This document shows, one piece after another, positions 28,655 through 36,722 of a DNA stretch of 64,000 bases (positions are counted from its first letter, which is position 1; each line of letters starts with the position of its first letter). Both the position numbers and the translations under genes were made by a program. The notes under the pieces were generated by a model that did not search any database, was not told the origin of the DNA, and saw nothing but the letters and a program-made list of their open reading frames with translations. Origin of the DNA: Dehalococcoidia bacterium (GTDB lineage Bacteria > Chloroflexota > Dehalococcoidia > Lucifugimonadales > G965248475); the NCBI GenBank assembly GCA_965248475.1, contig OZ252106.1, positions 1,337,365-1,401,364 on the forward strand, written 5' to 3'.

Positions 28655-30306
28655 CCCTCACCGAGTGCCAGGAAGAGCTACTGGGACATCTGGCAGCCAT
28701 GCCCTTTCTCGACCGGCTGGAGCTGGTCGCCGTCTCCGGCTGGTCTCGGGGCTCGGTCTACGAGAGCGTCGAGAAATTTGAGGCCGAGGGCCTCGCCGCC
28801 TCCGTCCCCCACGCCACGGACGTCACGCCGCCAACGCTCCGCTTCTATCTCACCCCATCTGGGCTGCACCGGCTGGCACGGGACGAGGGCATGACCGTGA
28901 ATGAGCTTCTGAACCTCTATCCCGTCTCCGCCCGGTGGCAGCGCATCCTGCTGGAGCGGCTGGATGCCGCCGCAGTCATCTACCGGCTCGCTGCCACTAT
29001 CTCCAACATCGCCCACCCCATCCGCTTCCGCTGGTACCGGGCCATGCCCATGGACGCCGCCATCATCCTTCCCGATGAACGCATCATCGGCGTCGTCAGG
29101 CAGGGACTCACCTCCGACAGGACGAGCTTCTCCAAGCGGCTGTGGAGGCTCAGGGACGGCCCGTCGCCCAGCGCCATCCTTGCCCTGCTTCCCGACGAGG
29201 TGCGCCTCCGACAGGCGAGGAGGCTGCTGGCAGGAGCGCCGGCCGCTTCGTTCCTCGCCCTTGAGCGGGACGCTGTGTCGGCAGACCCATCCACGCCCGT
29301 ATGGCGCATACCCTCGGACTCGGTATCCCTCGACCTCAGTAGGGCCTTGAAGCACACCAGCCCCAACGGAGATCTGCCTACCGAGGAGCCGCCCGAGCGG
29401 GTCTCCCTCCCCGAACACCTCAACGTGGACGGGCAGGACGACTCCGCACCCGACCACCTGCTGCCTGCGCTGCTCAAATCGACGGAGAAGCGCTGCCTCG
29501 ACCTGCTCTCCGACTGGCCCTGGATGACGCCCGCTCACCTGGGTGGGGTGCTGGAGGTGAAGCGGTCAAGGATCTCCCAGCTTCTGCAACGGCTCACAAG
29601 CCTGGGTCTCGTCATCGACGACGTTGTAGAGGGCCGTCGCCGCCTCATCCTTTCCGACCTGGGGCTCTCTGTCCTCGCAAGGCGCGATCGCACCTCCGTG
29701 GGCGCGATGAAGAAGCGATGGAGCGCCTCCCTTACAGACCCGGACCGTGCCGCTACCTGGCGAAACGTCTCCGGAGCAAGAGCCCGTCAGCTGCTCAGGA
29801 ACATTCAGCACACCGATGCGGTGCACTGGTTCATAGCCGTCCTGGCGAAACAGGCCCGCAGCCGGGGACGGGAGCTGGCGCAGCTCGACTCCCCTGGACG
29901 GGCCTCCCGGTACTTCCGCTACGCAGAGAGGCTCCACTCGGTCCGTCCCGACGCCTTCGGCCTGCTGCACAACGGACAGGCGATCTGGCCCTTCTTCCTG
30001 GAATGGGAGCGCCGGGCGGTACGCCCCGTGACCATGGCGGCCAGGATCGCCCCCTACCTGCGCTACTACTCCACCCACCGGCCCACCGACGACCACGGCG
30101 CTCAGCCCTCGTTGCTGGTCGTCTTCGACGACGACGTGGCCGAGACCCACTTTCTCCGCATCGCCAAAGAGGAGATGGACACCGCGAAGGTGCAGGTGCC
30201 CCTGTTTGTGGCTCCCAGAAACCTGTTGGAGAGGGTGGGGCCGCTGGGTCCGGCCTGGCGCACCCCTGACCGCTGGGAGCCTATCCATCCTTTCAACGAC
30301 CCCTAA
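28651..30306 (+). CDS. Replication-relaxation (Replic_Relax/MOBC-like) protein with two tandem modules
   Basis: Two wHTH-type starts (aa ~1 and ~272); second module HTDAVHWF..VRPDAFG..FFLEWERR; follows the T4CP. Confidence 0.75.
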   Translation: MTLTECQEELLGHLAAMPFLDRLELVAVSGWSRGSVYESVEKFEAEGLAASVPHATDVTPPTLRFYLTPSGLHRLARDEGMTVNELLNLYPVSARWQRILLERLDAAAVIYRLAATISNIAHPIRFRWYRAMPMDAAIILPDERIIGVVRQGLTSDRTSFSKRLWRLRDGPSPSAILALLPDEVRLRQARRLLAGAPAASFLALERDAVSADPSTPVWRIPSDSVSLDLSRALKHTSPNGDLPTEEPPERVSLPEHLNVDGQDDSAPDHLLPALLKSTEKRCLDLLSDWPWMTPAHLGGVLEVKRSRISQLLQRLTSLGLVIDDVVEGRRRLILSDLGLSVLARRDRTSVGAMKKRWSASLTDPDRAATWRNVSGARARQLLRNIQHTDAVHWFIAVLAKQARSRGRELAQLDSPGRASRYFRYAERLHSVRPDAFGLLHNGQAIWPFFLEWERRAVRPVTMAARIAPYLRYYSTHRPTDDHGAQPSLLVVFDDDVAETHFLRIAKEEMDTAKVQVPLFVAPRNLLERVGPLGPAWRTPDRWEPIHPFNDP

Positions 30307-30333
30307 ACACCTATAGGAGACGGGAGAAGAATC

Positions 30334-31092
30334 ATGCGTCTGTACTACATCGACGAGTCCGAAGGCCCCCGCTACTACGTCCGCTCCGCCCTGGGAGTGG
30401 ATGGCGAGGTCTGGAACCGGCTCTTTGCCGGCATCCACGCATGGCGTCTGGAGCTAATGGAGCGGTACGGAATCCCCCTGTCCAGGGAGCTTCACGCCTG
30501 CGACCTGCTGGCGGGACGGGGGCTGCTCGCCAAGAACGGAACGAACAGCGAACGGGTGTCCGTGGCACAGGGAGCCAGTGTCTTTCTGGAGGGTCTGTGC
30601 CGCCTGGAGGATGCCGCCAGGCGCATGGGCGGCATCGAGGTCATCAACGTCTGCCTCCACAAGCCGGAGAGCAGGAGGTACGAGCAGGCCAGCCTTGACC
30701 GCCTCCTCAACCGCATCAACACCTCGGTCACCTCAGCCAATAGGCACGCCTTCCTCATCTTCGACGAGGGCAAGGAGGAGATGATCGCCCGGCTCTACGG
30801 TAGGCTCAAGGTGCGCAACCACGTTCCCAGCCGCTACGACCTCTGGGAGGACGGGGAGAAGACCAGGAACATCCCCATAGAGCACGTCATCGGTGGCCCC
30901 GCCTTCCGCAGCTCCAAGGACGACTACCTGCTTCAGATGGCGGACTTCATCGCTCATGCCCTGCTGAAGCAGCAGGAGGAACCCGTCCCTAGAGTAGAGA
31001 ACCACGGCATCGCCGAAGCCTTCTCCATCCTCGACGTGGCCCTCAATAGGCAGGCGTCGAGGCGGGACCCCCAGGGGGTTGTAAGGAGATGA
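30334..31092 (+). CDS. DUF3800-family protein (RNase H-like acidic motifs)
   Basis: YYIDES N-terminus, ELHA, IFDEG, LLQMADFIA. Confidence 0.85.
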   Translation: MRLYYIDESEGPRYYVRSALGVDGEVWNRLFAGIHAWRLELMERYGIPLSRELHACDLLAGRGLLAKNGTNSERVSVAQGASVFLEGLCRLEDAARRMGGIEVINVCLHKPESRRYEQASLDRLLNRINTSVTSANRHAFLIFDEGKEEMIARLYGRLKVRNHVPSRYDLWEDGEKTRNIPIEHVIGGPAFRSSKDDYLLQMADFIAHALLKQQEEPVPRVENHGIAEAFSILDVALNRQASRRDPQGVVRR

Positions 31093-31121
31093 AGGCCAAG
31101 GGATAATCAACCCTCGGACCA

Positions 31122-31219
31122 TTGACGACAGACGGCTCTTGGTGCTATATCCTACCTACCACCCCTACCGATTCGACGGTAGGGTCGAGACCGCCCTCCG
31201 AGGCGGTCTCTGTCTTTTT
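31122..31219 (+). ncRNA. Candidate small RNA gene with its own promoter and terminator
   Basis: TTGACG-N18-TATATC with TG extension; hairpin CCCTACCG-ATTCGA-CGGTAGGG; terminator GAGACCGCC..GGCGGTCTC-TGTCTTTTT; no ORF. Confidence 0.6.
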
Positions 31220-31264
31220 CAGCAGGGTAACGACGACCTGAAGAGGCACACGGACGGCGGGCGT

Positions 31265-31451
31265 AACAGAGAGGGAACGGAAGGCGTCGGGACAGCCACT
31301 CCAGGTGAGAGTATATGGTGGGTGGTTCCCAATGAGTATCGGCGAAGATGGCCCAGTCCGGCACGCCGCCGAATGCGCCATCGCCCGCCATGAGAGCCAT
31401 TACCGTGGACTGGACGCCTCCTCCGAGGCTGATGACCGTGAGGCGATTCAT
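31265..31451 (-). pseudogene. Truncated PAPS-reductase-like (PP-loop) gene
   Basis: VISLGGGVQST..AIFADTHWEP..Y.HL; similarity ends after ~61 codons. Confidence 0.7.
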
Positions 31452-31720
31452 TGCAGCGCCGCCTCCTGATCTTCAGCTTCCGGCAGCAGGTGGCGTAGCA
31501 GCCCCAGCCCGTCGGCAAACCTGAACAGTGCGATGAGGTGCCCCGAGCCCGGCTGCGTCCCCGTGCGCCAGCGGCGCAACATGCGGGCGTCAACGCCCAG
31601 GGCGCGGGCCAGTCCAAGCCAGGTCAGCCCTGTGGCCTCCTTCAGGCTCTCCAGCCGCTGGGGGAAGTCCGGCGGGAACTCCGATGGGAGCTTGTGGTAG
31701 ACCCATTTCTGACGGCCCAA
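31448..31720 (-). CDS. XRE-HTH paralog 3
   Basis: FPPDFPQRLESLKEATGLTWLGLARALGV. Confidence 0.75.
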   Translation of the reverse strand: MGRQKWVYHKLPSEFPPDFPQRLESLKEATGLTWLGLARALGVDARMLRRWRTGTQPGSGHLIALFRFADGLGLLRHLLPEAEDQEAALQ

Positions 31721-31724
31721 GGCG

Positions 31725-32027
31725 CTAGACTCCCCGGCGGAGGACTTCCGCCTCCTCGGGGACCAACGCCTCCATACCCCCTGGCACCTCGGATGCCAAC
31801 TGGAACAGGGCCAGCATGGCCCCTCCCGTGGGCTCACTGCCTCCACGCCAACGGCGCACCCGCTGGTAGCTCACTCCCAGACGCCGGGACAGGGCCTTCC
31901 AACTCAGGCCGGAGGTCTCTTTGAGAAACTCCAAACGCTGGGGGAAGTCTCGGGGCAGTTTGCCTCGCCGGTTTCGGCCGATTCTCTGAAGGCGTTCCAT
32001 ATCTCTGATCCCTCTCATTGACGACAT
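31725..32027 (-). CDS. XRE-HTH paralog 2
   Basis: LPRDFPQRLEFLKETSGLSWKALSRRLGV. Confidence 0.8.
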   Translation of the reverse strand: MSSMRGIRDMERLQRIGRNRRGKLPRDFPQRLEFLKETSGLSWKALSRRLGVSYQRVRRWRGGSEPTGGAMLALFQLASEVPGGMEALVPEEAEVLRRGV

Positions 32028-32029
32028 CT

Positions 32030-32317
32030 CTAATTCCTCCTGTAGACGACTATCCGGTCATCATCCAGTAGCTTTCCAAGACCCTCGGGCACCAGAGTCG
32101 CCACCATGACCAGCGATAGCACGGCCCCTCCGCAGGGCTCCCCTCCCTGGCGCCAGCGATGCACCTGTTTCATGTCCACCCCGAGGCATGTAGCGAGCCC
32201 CTCCCAGGACAGGCCAGTGATCTCCTTGAGCCTGGTTAATCGGCGGGGGAAGTCCTCCGGCATTAAGGCGACACCAGGCGAAAACGGCGGGTCCGTGGGA
32301 CGGCGCTGGCTAGTCAT
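32030..32317 (-). CDS. XRE-HTH paralog 1
   Basis: MPEDFPRRLTRLKEITGLSWEGLATCLGV. Confidence 0.8.
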   Translation of the reverse strand: MTSQRRPTDPPFSPGVALMPEDFPRRLTRLKEITGLSWEGLATCLGVDMKQVHRWRQGGEPCGGAVLSLVMVATLVPEGLGKLLDDDRIVVYRRN

Positions 32318-32552
32318 GGGCGTCCTCCAAGATGAACACCTCGTCAAAGGGAGGATTGCCCAGGGCTTGGAGCAGCCGGCGCCGCATCTTGGGGGACGGG
32401 TTGCGCTGGCCGTTGAGCAGCTGGGAGAGGTAGCCCGAGGTCGAGCCCATCACATGGGCCAGCTGGTTCTGCGACATGTGAATGTGGTTGAGGATGTTCC
32501 ACACACCCCCGGCCTTCACACGCACCCTCTTGAGGGCGGGCCTACCCGACAT
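32310..32552 (-). CDS. Cro-like XRE-HTH
   Basis: MSQNQLAHVMGSTSGYLSQLLNGQRNPS. Confidence 0.85.
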   Translation of the reverse strand: MSGRPALKRVRVKAGGVWNILNHIHMSQNQLAHVMGSTSGYLSQLLNGQRNPSPKMRRRLLQALGNPPFDEVFILEDAHD

Positions 32553-32772
32553 CCTGATCGGCTTCCCGTTGAGATTCGGCAGACACGCCGTTCTGGGATA
32601 CCCCCCGGTTGGCGTCAGCCAGGTCCTTGAGGTAGGCGCGGACCATCATCCGCGCCAGGATGCGCAGCCCCTTGATGCGAAGCTCCTCTTGCTTCTTGGT
32701 CAGACGAACGTCTTTAGGCAAAAAAGCGACACCTTTCCGGCTGGATTGGGCTGCCAAATGGCCGTTGCGCAT
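32542..32772 (-). CDS. Small basic protein, possible recombination directionality factor
   Basis: First ORF divergent from the repressor; LRIKGLRILARMMVRAYL; function inferred from position only. Confidence 0.5.
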   Translation of the reverse strand: MRNGHLAAQSSRKGVAFLPKDVRLTKKQEELRIKGLRILARMMVRAYLKDLADANRGVSQNGVSAESQREADQDVG

Positions 32773-32823
32773 GGCACGGCCTGTGGGTACGATGACAGCC
32801 GTAGGGAACAGTAGTTCTGTCCT

Positions 32824-32929
32824 TTGCTATAGTATAGCAACGCTGTATAATAGCGGACAAGAGATTTATGGCGTTATTTACCATTTCGGCCACAAAGTGC
32901 TTGCAAACATGTAGCAAGTGTTCTATCAT
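32824..32929. promoter_or_regulatory. Divergent promoters and operators of the ICE switch
   Basis: Plus TTGCAA-N17-TATCAT (32901-32929); minus TTGTCC..TGC-TATACT; palindrome TTGCTATA-G-TATAGCAA. Confidence 0.7.
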
Positions 32930-32935
32930 AGGGAC

Positions 32936-33337
32936 ATGATGGACCCAGAATCCGCCGAACTGGACATAGGCCCCTACCTGAAAGAGCTGCGGGGAGACCG
33001 CAGCTTGCGCCAGGTGGCCCGAGACTCAGGCGTCTCCGATCCCTTCCTTTCCCAGATCGAGAAGGGTCAGAGGAATCCCGGCCTCCGAATACTCAGGAAG
33101 CTGGCGGACTTCTACGAGGTCTCCCTCAATGACCTGCTGAGACGGGCCGGATACCTGGAAGAAGTTGAAGACCCCTATGCCGACGAGGAGGCCAACGTCG
33201 ACCGGGCCTTCCGGTACGTGGTGGCCGACCCCAGGTTCAATTTCGGCACCAGGCTCGATGGACCCCTCACCACGGCGGCGAAACGGTTCATCGTCGAGAT
33301 GTACGAACAACTCACCGATAAGCAGCTTTTGGAATGA
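32936..33337 (+). CDS. cI/ImmR-like XRE repressor
   Basis: LKELRGDRSLRQVARDSGVSDPFLSQIEKGQRNP. Confidence 0.88.
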   Translation: MMDPESAELDIGPYLKELRGDRSLRQVARDSGVSDPFLSQIEKGQRNPGLRILRKLADFYEVSLNDLLRRAGYLEEVEDPYADEEANVDRAFRYVVADPRFNFGTRLDGPLTTAAKRFIVEMYEQLTDKQLLE

Positions 33338-34293
33338 TGAGAACGCTGGACGACTTCAGAGAGACCATCCTGGCAAGGCTGTCGTGCAGGCAGCGGAACG
33401 ACCCCGCCTACATCGCCCACCTGTTCGTCCGCTACTTCCGCATCTCGGTCCGCCCCGGCTTCGAGGAGCTCATCAAGGTGCTGGAAGAGGCTGGCATCGC
33501 GTCTGTGCTGCGGCAGAAGCTGCCCGGCGGTCTTAGGGGAACCCACTTCAGCTTGGACCAGCGCCACTACTCGATCCGATACTCAACCGACCAGTGGGAG
33601 GGGGGCAAGAACCACACGGTCCTTCACGAGACCTACGAGATTATTCACGAGATGCTCTCGGACCAGGAGATGGAGCCTTCGCCCCCCTCCAGGAAACTCT
33701 GCTGGGATGCCGACTATTTCGCCGCCTCGGCGCTGATGCAGCCTGCGGTGTTCGCTCCCTTCGCCAAGGCTTCCGGCCTGGACATAATCGCTCTCCGCTC
33801 ACAGTTCGAGTGCTCTTACGCCTCAGTGACCCTGCGGCTCGCCGAAGTCATGCGGAACCAGCCCCTCCTGGGGGTCCTGTATCAACGCCAAGAACAGGGC
33901 AACCCGGCCGAGTGGACCGAGCCACCGGATCGCCGCCAATTCAGGGCCACCATCGTGACACGCACTCCGGGCTTCGGCATCCGGGATCCTCGCGTCCTCT
34001 GTGGTTCACGAGGCGGCATGCCCCGCAAGGGCACCACTCCATCCCCTGGCTCGATTGCCGAGTGGGTGGTGCTCAACGGCAAGGCTGCATACGCCGAGGT
34101 GGAGTCCACGCGTCTGGGCGCACGAAGCGGTGACATCGCCATCGCTGCCAGGCCGGTCACGTGGCAGGGACAGCTGGCCAAGGTTGCAGTCGTGGCCGTG
34201 CCCTACCAGCAACGCGGGGCGCTGAGGCCCCAGATAAACAACGGAGTCGCCTTCGAGCGGCTCTTCGAGTACCAGGAACTCACCATTAAATAG
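33334..34293 (+). CDS. ImmA/IrrE-like metallopeptidase-fold anti-repressor
   Basis: HTVLHETYE..ADYFAASALM..FECSY..VTLRL; overlaps the repressor stop. Confidence 0.75.
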   Translation: MMRTLDDFRETILARLSCRQRNDPAYIAHLFVRYFRISVRPGFEELIKVLEEAGIASVLRQKLPGGLRGTHFSLDQRHYSIRYSTDQWEGGKNHTVLHETYEIIHEMLSDQEMEPSPPSRKLCWDADYFAASALMQPAVFAPFAKASGLDIIALRSQFECSYASVTLRLAEVMRNQPLLGVLYQRQEQGNPAEWTEPPDRRQFRATIVTRTPGFGIRDPRVLCGSRGGMPRKGTTPSPGSIAEWVVLNGKAAYAEVESTRLGARSGDIAIAARPVTWQGQLAKVAVVAVPYQQRGALRPQINNGVAFERLFEYQELTIK

Positions 34294-34311
34294 GCAAAAA
34301 AGGGGGAGGAT

Positions 34312-35985
34312 ATGAACACCGACAAAGGGATGAACGGCAACGTGGCGCTCTACGCACGGGTGTCCAGCAACCGGCAGGACGTGGACCTGTCCGTGTCCGC
34401 CCAGCTCAGGGCGCTTCGAGACTACGCGGAGAAGAACGGCTACGTCGTAGCGCGGGAGTATGTGGACGAGGCCGAGAGCGGGCGCATCGCCGACCGGCCC
34501 CAATTCAGAAAGATGCTGGACGAGGCCAGCAAGCCCACCTCTCCCTTCCATGAGATTCTTGTTTGGAAGTTCTCACGCTTCACCCGCAAACGGGAGCACG
34601 CCGTGGCTTTCAAGTCCATGCTAAGGAAGCGGGGTATCAAAGTCGTCTCTATCACCGAGCACGCCGACGACTCCCCCACAGGCAAGCTCATGGAGGCCAT
34701 CATCGAGAGCGTGGACGAGTTCTACTCTGAAAACTTGGCCCAAGAAGTCGTCCGAGGGATGCGGGAAGCCGCCATACGGGGCTTCTGGGTCTCCACCTAC
34801 GCTCCCTTCGGGTACAGGAAGGTGTCGGTCCAGGACGGAGCAAAGAAGCGGCCCAAGCTGGAGCTGGACCCGCCGGCGGACTCAGTGATCCGGCGCATCT
34901 TCCAGATGGCCCTACAGGGCAAGAGCACCCTGGACATCACCAAGACGCTGAATGGTGAGGGCATCCCCACCTCAACGGGCAAGCACTGGTTGAAGTCCAC
35001 TGTGCACCGCATCCTCTCCAACGAAGCGTATACAGGAACGCTGGTCTGGGGCGTCGATGCCAAGGACGGAGCGCCGCCTGTGCGGGTGGAGGACGCATTC
35101 CCCGCAATAGTCACCAAGCAGGAGTTCCGACGCATCACCCGCTCCCTTCGCTCCAAGGCCCCGGCCAGGGTCAACCCCCGGCGTGCATCCAGCCCCTACC
35201 TCCTCAGCGGCTTGGTGAAATGTGAGAAGTGCGGAAAGGCGCTCACTGCGGCTGAGGCCAAGAGCGGCAAGTACAGCTACTACGTCTGCCACTCACTGCT
35301 GAAAAAGGGCAAGGGAACCTGCAAGACGCCTCGCCTCAACTCCAAGCGCTTTGAGAAGCTGATGATCGAGCAGATTCGCGCAAACATCCTCACGGAAAGC
35401 AACATCCGGGACCTGGTTAGACTGATGGACGAGGAGATGGACGGGGTGGCTGCTGAGCAGCGGGAGAGGCTGGAAAACATCGAAGCGGAGCTTATCGAGG
35501 TGCGGCGGCGCTTGGACCGGGTGTGGCACGTCATCGAGAACTCGGAACTCGACATATCCGACGCCACCTCCCGCATCAGAGAGCACCGGGAGCGTCAGGA
35601 GAAACTGGAGATCGCCGCAGAGGAGGCCAGGGCATTGCTCTCAGAGCGCCGGGCCGTGCTGGACAACGTGGACACCATCGCCGCCTTCGCCGAGGACATG
35701 AGCGACTTCCTGATGACCAGCGAAATCACCGAATCGAGGGCCTTCATCAAGTCCTTCGTCAAGGAGATCAAGGTCAAGCCAGGAAAGGCGACGGTCTACT
35801 ACACCCTACCCACGCCGCCGGACAGCCCGATAGGGGGCGGAGACGCCGCAGAGGTGGCTCTCCACGGCCCAGTAGTTCGCAGTTCAGTACACGTTGGTGG
35901 GCCGTCAGGGATTCGAACCCTGGACACGCGGATTAAAAGTCCGCTGCTCTGCCAGACTGAGCTAACGGCCCACAAAGCTAACTGA
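34312..35985 (+). CDS. Large serine recombinase (ICE integrase)
   Basis: ALYARVSS, DEAESG..DRPQF, SRFTR, PFGY, YLLSGLVKCEKCG, YYVC, coiled coil. Confidence 0.95.
   Translation: MNTDKGMNGNVALYARVSSNRQDVDLSVSAQLRALRDYAEKNGYVVAREYVDEAESGRIADRPQFRKMLDEASKPTSPFHEILVWKFSRFTRKREHAVAFKSMLRKRGIKVVSITEHADDSPTGKLMEAIIESVDEFYSENLAQEVVRGMREAAIRGFWVSTYAPFGYRKVSVQDGAKKRPKLELDPPADSVIRRIFQMALQGKSTLDITKTLNGEGIPTSTGKHWLKSTVHRILSNEAYTGTLVWGVDAKDGAPPVRVEDAFPAIVTKQEFRRITRSLRSKAPARVNPRRASSPYLLSGLVKCEKCGKALTAAEAKSGKYSYYVCHSLLKKGKGTCKTPRLNSKRFEKLMIEQIRANILTESNIRDLVRLMDEEMDGVAAEQRERLENIEAELIEVRRRLDRVWHVIENSELDISDATSRIREHRERQEKLEIAAEEARALLSERRAVLDNVDTIAAFAEDMSDFLMTSEITESRAFIKSFVKEIKVKPGKATVYYTLPTPPDSPIGGGDAAEVALHGPVVRSSVHVGGPSGIRTLDTRIKSPLLCQTELTAHKAN
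35895..35971 (-). tRNA. tRNA-Lys(TTT)
   Basis: GGGCCGTTAGCTCAGTCTGGCAGAGCAGCGGACTTTTAATCCGCGTGTCCAGGGTTCGAATCCCTGACGGCCCACCA. Confidence 0.97.
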
Positions 35986-36047
35986 GGCGTTTCCCCGGGG
36001 GCATTGTCGCACACTGCCCAGGGAGGGCCAAGCCAGGACCGCGGGTA

Positions 36048-36623
36048 TCAGAACAGGTCAGCCCTGGAGGTCGGCCAGTAGGAGAGCCAGGCCTTGCCCA
36101 CAACGTTACTCAAGGGCACCGTCCCCCAAGTCCGAGAGTCGTTGCTCTGGAGGCGGTTGTCACCCAGGACAAAGTACTCCTCAGGGCCTATGGTCTGTTT
36201 CGCCAAATTGGTACACCCAATGGGCTCGGTCAGATACGACTCCTCAACGATCACACCGTTCACGTACACCCTGCCGCTGCGCATCTCCACGGTATCTCCG
36301 GGCACAGCTATGACCCGTTTGACAAAGTCTCTGGTGATGTCCTTGGGGTAGTGGAATATTATAATCTCGCCCCGCTGAGGCTGACGAAACAGGAACATGG
36401 CCTCCCCAGGTTCGATATCCAGGAATGGAATGTACCGAGATAGGCTTGTACCGTCAAACCGATAGTAGAGGAACTTGTTGACCAGCAGGTACTGGTCCTC
36501 AGAGAGGGTCGGCTGCATGCTGGACCCTTCTACCCGGAAGTTCTGGACTGTGGCCTGCAGACCGCTGAACAGGAAGAGGGCCAGCAGCGCCGTTTGTAGC
36601 ATGTCTCTAAGTATGCGGCGCAT
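36048..36623 (-). CDS. lepB: Signal peptidase I
   Basis: GSSMQPTL, FVKRVIAVPGD, GDNRLQSNDSR. Confidence 0.95.
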   Translation of the reverse strand: MRRILRDMLQTALLALFLFSGLQATVQNFRVEGSSMQPTLSEDQYLLVNKFLYYRFDGTSLSRYIPFLDIEPGEAMFLFRQPQRGEIIIFHYPKDITRDFVKRVIAVPGDTVEMRSGRVYVNGVIVEESYLTEPIGCTNLAKQTIGPEEYFVLGDNRLQSNDSRTWGTVPLSNVVGKAWLSYWPTSRADLF

Positions 36624-36722
36624 ATGGCATCCTAGTCGGGGCGTCGTACATGTATTGTATCATGAAGCTACCAGACACCTATTACAACGCACGAACGGGC
36701 TAATCTGTCTGGGGTATTCGGA

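Larger units (their letters stand above)
1..35897. mobile_element. Integrative conjugative element inserted at tRNA-Lys 3' end; left boundary not seen
   Basis: Serine recombinase abutting tRNA, repressor/ImmA pair, VirB4, T4CP, relaxase, primase/SSB/RadC module; housekeeping genes resume immediately right of the tRNA. Confidence 0.88.

Noticed and set aside
5191-30438. Many long alternative-frame or antisense ORFs (e.g. 5191-6246, 20276-22240, 24577-26004, 26429-27748)
   Set aside because: Shadow ORFs expected in high-GC coding DNA; no motifs and fully overlapping better-supported genes
31163-31184. tRNA fragment or second att site (TTCGA loop)
   Set aside because: Stem does not match the tRNA-Lys T-arm or acceptor sequence
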